Source: Bacilli bacterium
GTDB taxonomy: Bacteria; Bacillota_I; Bacilli_A; RF39; UBA660
Length of the DNA stretch: 64,000 nucleotides
Reading direction: 5' to 3'
NCBI GenBank assembly: GCA_017940575.1
Contig: JAGAYJ010000015.1
Location: forward strand, 17,083 to 81,082
Shown here: in pieces, positions 58,562 to 64,000 of the stretch
Layout: every line of letters begins with the position of its first letter
Numbering within the stretch: the first letter of the stretch is position 1
Notes under the pieces: generated by a model
What the model was told of the DNA's origin: nothing
The model's input: the letters and a program-made list of their open reading frames with translations, nothing else
The model's database searches: none
Position numbers and translations under genes: made by a program

Positions 58562-58990
58562 ATGGATCCAAGTTTAAAAAGAAGTATAATACTTGAGCAT
58601 TATCAAAATCCTAAGAATAAAGGACTAATTGATGATGACTCATATATTTTAGTTAATACAAATAATGAATCTTGTATTGATGAAGTTAATTTGATGGTAA
58701 AGCTTTCTGATAATAAAATAGTTGATGCTCATTTTGATGGAGAAGCATGTGCTATTTGTACCTCATCTACATCGATTATGATTGATACAATTATTGGTAA
58801 AACTTTAGATGAAGCAATAATAATACTCAATAATTTTAAAAACATGATAGATGAGAAAGAGTATGATCCAGATATACTTGAGCAAGCTATTGTATATGAT
58901 GATATCTATAAACAAGCAAACAGAAAAAAATGCGCGCTACTACCTTGGTGGGGGTTAGAAAAAGTAGTAAATAAAATTAAGGGAGATTAG
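58562..58990 (+). CDS. sufU: SufU/IscU-like Fe-S cluster scaffold (NifU N-terminal domain)
   Basis: ILEHYQNPKNKG..., conserved Cys (NESCID, GEACAICTSS, KKCALL). Confidence 0.7.
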   Translation: MDPSLKRSIILEHYQNPKNKGLIDDDSYILVNTNNESCIDEVNLMVKLSDNKIVDAHFDGEACAICTSSTSIMIDTIIGKTLDEAIIILNNFKNMIDEKEYDPDILEQAIVYDDIYKQANRKKCALLPWWGLEKVVNKIKGD

Positions 58991-58992
58991 AA

Positions 58993-59373
58993 ATGTTTAA
59001 AGCTACGATTGGAAAATTTTATGATGTAGATAATAATATTACATCGCTTAGATATTATATGTCTGAAGATACTAAAGAAAGATTAGCTATAAAAATAAAT
59101 GACGATTGGATGTTTACTATAGATAATGATAATCTTGAAATATATCCTATAGTCAAAAGAGATAACAGAGGTTATATAAAAGATAATATAAAGTTAAATC
59201 AGGAATATGTAATATCATATAAACTTGTAAAAAATATAGATTATAAAATTTATTTAAAAAATATAATAGTTGCTAAATTATTTGCGCCTGTATTAAATTA
59301 TTATGCAAAATATATGCATAAAGATTTATGTGATTCAGATAAAATAGAAAAAACTAAAAAATTAGTTAAATAA
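58993..59373 (+). CDS. Hypothetical small protein (weak paralog of next gene)
   Basis: N-terminal KATIGKFYDVDNN vs next gene RAKVGKFKNYDAH. Confidence 0.4.
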   Translation: MFKATIGKFYDVDNNITSLRYYMSEDTKERLAIKINDDWMFTIDNDNLEIYPIVKRDNRGYIKDNIKLNQEYVISYKLVKNIDYKIYLKNIIVAKLFAPVLNYYAKYMHKDLCDSDKIEKTKKLVK

Positions 59374-59400
59374 CACTAGTTAATTATAGGGGGGATAATA

Positions 59401-59748
59401 ATGATAAATATAGAAAGCGGAATGTGTAGAGCTAAAGTTGGAAAATTTAAAAACTATGATGCACATTATAATTTTAATAATTTATATTTAAAAAAAGATA
59501 ATAAAGATATATTAGATATAATTGGTATTGTAAATGATGGTTCTGTAATTGATATAAATACAGGAGTTGAATATCCAATTTTAAAACACGATGAAAATAA
59601 TAATATATCTATAAATCAAGATATAAATCTAGATACTTTATATGCACTTGATTTAAATTATATTAATGAAAAAAGAACTACATCAAAAGATTATATAAAA
59701 GCTATTGATATAAAAGTTAAAAGACTATTAAAACAAAAAAATAATTAA
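59401..59748 (+). CDS. Hypothetical small protein
   Basis: GGGGGATAA RBS. Confidence 0.4.
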   Translation: MINIESGMCRAKVGKFKNYDAHYNFNNLYLKKDNKDILDIIGIVNDGSVIDINTGVEYPILKHDENNNISINQDINLDTLYALDLNYINEKRTTSKDYIKAIDIKVKRLLKQKNN

Positions 59749-59788
59749 AAAGAGAATTATTCTTTTTTTATAAAAAAAGAGGTGACTT

Positions 59789-61096
59789 ATGTCTAAAAGT
59801 CTTACTGAAGAAAAAGTTAGAGAAATATCTAGTATAAAGGGTGAACCATCTTGGATGACAGACTTTAGGGTTATGTCATATAAAAAATTTGAGGAGTTAG
59901 ATAATCCAACATTTGGTCCTAAAATAGACTTAGATTTTGACCTTATTAATTATTATAAAAGAATGAATGATAAGGTTGAAAAAGATTGGTCTAAAGTATC
60001 ATGTAATATTAGAGATACATTTGACAAAATTGGTCTTATTGATTCTGAAAAAAAATACTTAGACGGTGTTGGTGCTCAATTTGAAAGTGAAGTAGTATAT
60101 CACAATATGATAAAAGAGCTAGAAGATAAAAATGTAATATTCTCTGATACAGATACAGCTCTTAAAGAACACCCTGAGATATTTAAAAAATACTTTAATA
60201 ATTTAGTTAAATATGATGAAAATAAATATACAGCATTAAATGGAGCAGTATGGAGTGGAGGTACATTTATATATGTCCCACCTCATACAAAAATAGATAG
60301 ACCGCTTCAAAGCTATTTTAGAATTAATAGTAAAAATATGGGTCAATTTGAAAGAACAATTATAATAGTAGATGAAGATTCAGAACTTCATTATATGGAA
60401 GGCTGTACTGCACCTACTTATACATCAGATGCTCTTCATGCAGCAGTAGTTGAGATATATGTTGGCAAAAATGCAAAGTGCAGATATACAACGATTCAAA
60501 ACTGGTCAACTGATTTATATAACTTAGTTACTAAAAGAGCTATAGTTGATGAAAATGGTTTAATGGAATGGATAGATGGAAATATTGGCTCTAAGGTTAA
60601 TATGAAATATCCATGTTGTATTTTAAATGGTAAATATGCTAAGGGTAATTGTATAAGTATAGCTGTTGCTAAGGAAAATCAAGTACAAGATACAGGTGCC
60701 AAGATGATTCATTTGGCCCCATATACATCAAGTAATATAATTAATAAGTCAATATCAGTTAGTGGTGGTAATGCATCTTATAGAGGACTTGTAAAAATTA
60801 CTAAAGAAGCAGAATACTCATCAAGTACTATTAAATGTGATACATTAATTCTTGATGATAATTCTAAAAGTGATACAATACCAACTAATATAGTATGTAA
60901 TAAAAATTCAAATCTAAATCATGAAGCCACTACATCTAAAATAAGTCAGGAAAAATTATTTTATTTAATGAGTAGGGGACTTAATGAAGAAAAAGCTAAA
61001 GAACTTGTTATAATGGGATTTATTGATCGCTTTAGAGAAGAACTTCCAATGGAATATGCTGTTGAGTTAAATCAATTATTAAAAAATTATTTTTAA
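59789..61096 (+). CDS. sufB: Fe-S cluster assembly protein SufB
   Basis: C-terminal SufB blocks ...TSSNIINKSISVSGGNASYRGLVKI..., KCDTLILDDNSKSDTIP, HEATTSKISQEKLFYLMSRGLNEEKAKELVIMGF. Confidence 0.8.
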   Translation: MSKSLTEEKVREISSIKGEPSWMTDFRVMSYKKFEELDNPTFGPKIDLDFDLINYYKRMNDKVEKDWSKVSCNIRDTFDKIGLIDSEKKYLDGVGAQFESEVVYHNMIKELEDKNVIFSDTDTALKEHPEIFKKYFNNLVKYDENKYTALNGAVWSGGTFIYVPPHTKIDRPLQSYFRINSKNMGQFERTIIIVDEDSELHYMEGCTAPTYTSDALHAAVVEIYVGKNAKCRYTTIQNWSTDLYNLVTKRAIVDENGLMEWIDGNIGSKVNMKYPCCILNGKYAKGNCISIAVAKENQVQDTGAKMIHLAPYTSSNIINKSISVSGGNASYRGLVKITKEAEYSSSTIKCDTLILDDNSKSDTIPTNIVCNKNSNLNHEATTSKISQEKLFYLMSRGLNEEKAKELVIMGFIDRFREELPMEYAVELNQLLKNYF

Positions 61097-61259
61097 AAAC
61101 TTTAAATTTTATAAATTGATAAAAAAATTGCTTTCAATTTAGAAAAATCATTAAACGAATTTTTAAAATTCGTTTTTTTTTAGCTTCCATTTTTTATTAA
61201 TTGTCATTTGCATTCATAATTTTAGTCGTTTATATTATTGCCTGAAAGGAGGTGATAAT

Positions 61260-61598
61260 ATGCTTAATCAAACAGTATTAGTAGGTAGATTAACAACTGA
61301 TCCTGAGGTTCATGAGATAGAAGGAGGAACAAAAGTTGCTAGTATAACACTTGCTGTACCAAGAAGTTATAAAAATACAAATGGTGAATATGATACTGAT
61401 TTTATTCCATGTATATTATGGAGAGGAGTAGCTGAAAATACAGCTGAATATTGTCATAAAGGTGACTTAATTGGAATTAGAGGTAGAATTCAAACAAGAA
61501 AGTATGAAACAGATGAAGATAAAACGAGAGAAAAAACAGAAGTTATTGCTGAGAAAGTAACATTTTTATCTAGTAAAAAGAATTGTATTGAAGAGTAA
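61260..61598 (+). CDS. ssb: Single-stranded DNA-binding protein (OB fold, short form without acidic tail)
   Basis: MLNQTVLVGRLTTDPEV...VASITLAV.R...NGE..TDFI.C..WR..AE OB-fold SSB pattern; AAAGGAGGTGA RBS. Confidence 0.75.
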   Translation: MLNQTVLVGRLTTDPEVHEIEGGTKVASITLAVPRSYKNTNGEYDTDFIPCILWRGVAENTAEYCHKGDLIGIRGRIQTRKYETDEDKTREKTEVIAEKVTFLSSKKNCIEE

Positions 61599-61649
61599 AT
61601 AATTAAAGTGGTATAATTAAATAGAAAATTAAAACTAATAGGTGATATC

Positions 61650-62405
61650 ATGAAGATTAATTGCATAAAAAAATTATCTGGTAATAAATATAAAGTAGAA
61701 TTTGAAAATGGTAATTCTATAATTATTTATGAGGATGTTATTCTTGATAATAATCTACTTTATAAAAAGGAAATTGATGATAAATTATTTAAAAAAATAG
61801 AAAAAGAAAATATGTATTATGCTGTTTATAATAAGACACTTAAATATGTATTGACTAAGATGCGTAGTATTTATGAAGTAGAAAAATATTTAGAAAAATT
61901 TGATATAAAAGATAGTGATAAAACAAAAATTATAAATAAACTATGTAATATTAATTTATTAAATGATAAATTATATGCAGAGGCATTTATATCAGATAAA
62001 ATTAACTTATCAAGTGATGGACCTAATAAAATAAAAAGAGAGCTACTATCAAAAAGAATAGCTGAAGATATCATTGATTTGGAATTTCAAAAATATGATG
62101 ATTCTATATTTGAAGATAAAATAAAAAAAATAATATCAAAGAAAAAGAATACAAAGTATTCTAATTATGTATTCAAACAAAAAATAAATTTATATCTTAT
62201 TAACTTAGGATATGATAGCAAATATATAATTCCAATTTTAAATAGCCTTGATACTGATACAACCAACCTAATTAAAAAAGAATATGATAGTTTATATAGA
62301 AAACTATCTAAAAAATATAGTGATGAAAAACTTGATTATGAAATAAAATCCAGGCTTTATAAAAAGGGATTTAATATGGACGAAATAAATAATATAAAAG
62401 AGTGA
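61650..62405 (+). CDS. recX: Regulatory protein RecX
   Basis: Three-helical-repeat RecX pattern (..YNKTLKYVLTKMRSIYEVEKYLEKF..; ..YAEAFISDKIN..; SKRIAEDII). Confidence 0.65.
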   Translation: MKINCIKKLSGNKYKVEFENGNSIIIYEDVILDNNLLYKKEIDDKLFKKIEKENMYYAVYNKTLKYVLTKMRSIYEVEKYLEKFDIKDSDKTKIINKLCNINLLNDKLYAEAFISDKINLSSDGPNKIKRELLSKRIAEDIIDLEFQKYDDSIFEDKIKKIISKKKNTKYSNYVFKQKINLYLINLGYDSKYIIPILNSLDTDTTNLIKKEYDSLYRKLSKKYSDEKLDYEIKSRLYKKGFNMDEINNIKE

Positions 62406-62407
62406 AA

Positions 62408-63619
62408 TTATTCACTCTTTTTTGTAGTATTATCATATTTTTCTTTAATAGTTGTATCTTTAATAACTAAATTATATTTTTTTCTTAGGTCTGCCCAAGT
62501 AGTAGTATATAATGTAGTATCTGAATTTAATTTTTCATCAACTATTTTATCAACAAGTTCATCTTTCATATCTTTAAGAGCTTTTTTATCAGTTGAGCTA
62601 ACTCTTAAGATAACATGATATCCATAAGTACTCTTAACTGGTTCTTTAGTATATTCACCATCTTTAAGTGCTACAGTTGCATTCCAGAATTCATCAACAA
62701 CATCACCTTTTGTAAAGTTTTCAATTAATCCTTCATTTTCTTTAGAACCTGTATCTTCTGAATATTCACCAACTAATGTTTTCCAATCGCCACCGTTATT
62801 TAATTTATCAATAACTTCTTGTGCTTTTGCTTTAGCAGCTTCTTCATCTTCTTCACTTGATGCAGTAATTAATATATGTTTAGCTGTATAAGATCCGAAT
62901 ACGTTTTCTTCATAATATTTATTTAATTCATCATCTGTAATTTTACTTGCTAAATAATTTTTAGCAACAGTTTCTTTTTCAACAGATAAAGTCATTTCAT
63001 CAACTAAAGCATCTTCAGAAGTATAACCATATTGTTTTAAAACATCTTCCCATTTATATCCAGCACTTTCATATTGTCCTTTAATTGTTTCAATTTGACT
63101 TTGTGCTGTTTTTTTAGCTTCAACTTTGTCTTCATCTTTAATTTCTTTTGAAACAATAAATTCATCGATCATATTTAATAATGAATCTGTTCCATATTTT
63201 GCTTTTAATTCAGTAAATAAATCTTCAGCAACAAAGCTTTTTCCATCAATTGTAGCAATAACTTCTTTACCATCTTGTAATTTTACTTTATGTCCTAAAG
63301 ATACAATAACAATATTGATAATTAATAGAATTGCAATAATAACTGTTCCTACAATCATGTAGTTTTCTTTTAACCATTTTGCTATATCAAATTTTTCCTT
63401 TTTAGTTTTTACAACTTTTTTAGCTTCAACTGGTTTAACTTCAACTGGTTTAACTTCAACTTTTTTAGCAGCTGGTTTTTTAACTTCAGTTTTTTTAACT
63501 GGAGCTTTTTTAGCGGCTGTTTTAGTTGTAGTTTTTTTAGTAGTTGTAGTTTTTTTAGTAGTAGCTTTTTTTGATGAACTTGTTGTTTTTTTTGCAGTAT
63601 TTGTTTTCTTTTCTGCCAT
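62408..63619 (-). CDS. prsA: Foldase PrsA-like parvulin-type peptidyl-prolyl isomerase with K/T-rich N-terminal tail and TM anchor
   Basis: PpiC/parvulin block TAKHILITASSEEDEEAAKAKAQEVIDKLNNGGDWKTLVGEYSEDTGSKENEGLIENFTKGDVVDEFWNATVALKDGEYTKEPVKSTYGYHVI; AAGGAGG RBS before ATG 63619. Confidence 0.75.
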   Translation of the reverse strand: MAEKKTNTAKKTTSSSKKATTKKTTTTKKTTTKTAAKKAPVKKTEVKKPAAKKVEVKPVEVKPVEAKKVVKTKKEKFDIAKWLKENYMIVGTVIIAILLIINIVIVSLGHKVKLQDGKEVIATIDGKSFVAEDLFTELKAKYGTDSLLNMIDEFIVSKEIKDEDKVEAKKTAQSQIETIKGQYESAGYKWEDVLKQYGYTSEDALVDEMTLSVEKETVAKNYLASKITDDELNKYYEENVFGSYTAKHILITASSEEDEEAAKAKAQEVIDKLNNGGDWKTLVGEYSEDTGSKENEGLIENFTKGDVVDEFWNATVALKDGEYTKEPVKSTYGYHVILRVSSTDKKALKDMKDELVDKIVDEKLNSDTTLYTTTWADLRKKYNLVIKDTTIKEKYDNTTKKSE

Positions 63620-63762
63620 ATTCCATATCCTCCTTGTACATAAACATATTATCACTAATTAATAAAAAATACAAGAAAATTCACAATTTTATCATATTAA
63701 TACACACCTTTTTAATAATTTTCCATAGAATAATGTGAAAGATAAAAAAGGAGGAATGCTTA

Positions 63763-63852
63763 TGTGTAATACTAATAACGGAATTTCTGGTGCAGCAATT
63801 GTTCTTGTATTATTTATTCTTTTAATTATTATACTAGGGGCTTATATTTAAG
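63763..63852 (+). CDS. YjcZ-family small sporulation membrane protein (29 aa) MCNTNNGISGAAIVLVLFILLIIILGAYI
   Basis: Not in ORF track; AAAGGAGG RBS; G..A.IVLVLFILLII.G pattern typical of the YjcZ family. Confidence 0.5.
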
Positions 63853-63864
63853 GAGGTGTAATAA

Positions 63865-63978
63865 ATGACTTGTCAAAATGAACAAAATAATGAATGTCAA
63901 AGAAGAGGCAATGGATATGTATTTATTATAGTTTTATATATATTACTAGCAATAATAATTGGAACAGTTATTTATTAA
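63865..63978 (+). CDS. Second YjcZ-like small membrane protein (37 aa) MTCQNEQNNECQRRGNGYVFIIVLYILLAIIIGTVIY
   Basis: Not in ORF track; AAGGAGGTG RBS; tandem to 63763-63852. Confidence 0.45.
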   Translation: MTCQNEQNNECQRRGNGYVFIIVLYILLAIIIGTVIY

Positions 63979-64000
63979 GAGGTTAAACCTCTTTTTCTTT

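Noticed and set aside
1-64000. CRISPR arrays, integrases, transposases or IS elements
   Set aside because: No regularly spaced repeat-spacer array and no recombinase or transposase-like protein could be found in any frame. The accessory region lacks an identifiable mobility gene, apart from a frameshifted remnant at 10641-10873 of unknown identity.

Overview
The window is a low-GC (about 25-28% GC) chromosomal segment from a spore-forming Firmicute. Three traits resemble the Mollicutes/Erysipelotrichia lineage: the tmRNA tag ends in AFA, SMC is only 981 aa, and the codon usage is very AT-rich. Most of the window is housekeeping and sporulation genes. These are thiI, an alpha/beta-type SASP, U32 peptidase, rnr-smpB-ssrA, rnhB, a spoIIAA-sigF-spoVAC/AD/AE block, dacF-like PBP5, PFOR, smc, recG, an NfeD-SPFH pair, spoVS, sufU/sufB, ssb, recX, prsA and tandem YjcZ-like genes. 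There are six tRNAs (Ala, Gly, Cys, Asn, Glu) plus tmRNA. The accessory part lies between ssrA at 10.2 kb and a minus-strand tRNA-Gly/Cys pair at 24.0 kb. It contains two divergent SGNH-type hydrolases, a Cof-type HAD phosphatase with a transporter, a minimal CCA/polyA-polymerase-type nucleotidyltransferase, a GNAT, and a tightly packed co-directional run of six proteins with no recognisable motifs at 17.4-22.5 kb. This accessory region is punctuated by a modular repeat family of about 100 nt, made of a palindromic box, a conserved core and an intrinsic terminator, and by degenerate copies of the tmRNA 3' end. Other notable items are two paralogous hydrophobic peptides of about 26 aa with structurally sequestered ribosome-binding sites, and a consensus promoter driving a structured leader about 100 nt long upstream of a secreted hypothetical protein. 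The spoIIAA-sigF operon appears to lack spoIIAB. recG has no canonical start codon and is preceded by a triple-hairpin element. There is also a membrane thioredoxin with a CxCxxCxCGCxCGCxC cluster and an LCP protein with an EGF-like cysteine motif. No CRISPR array, integrase or transposase was recognised.
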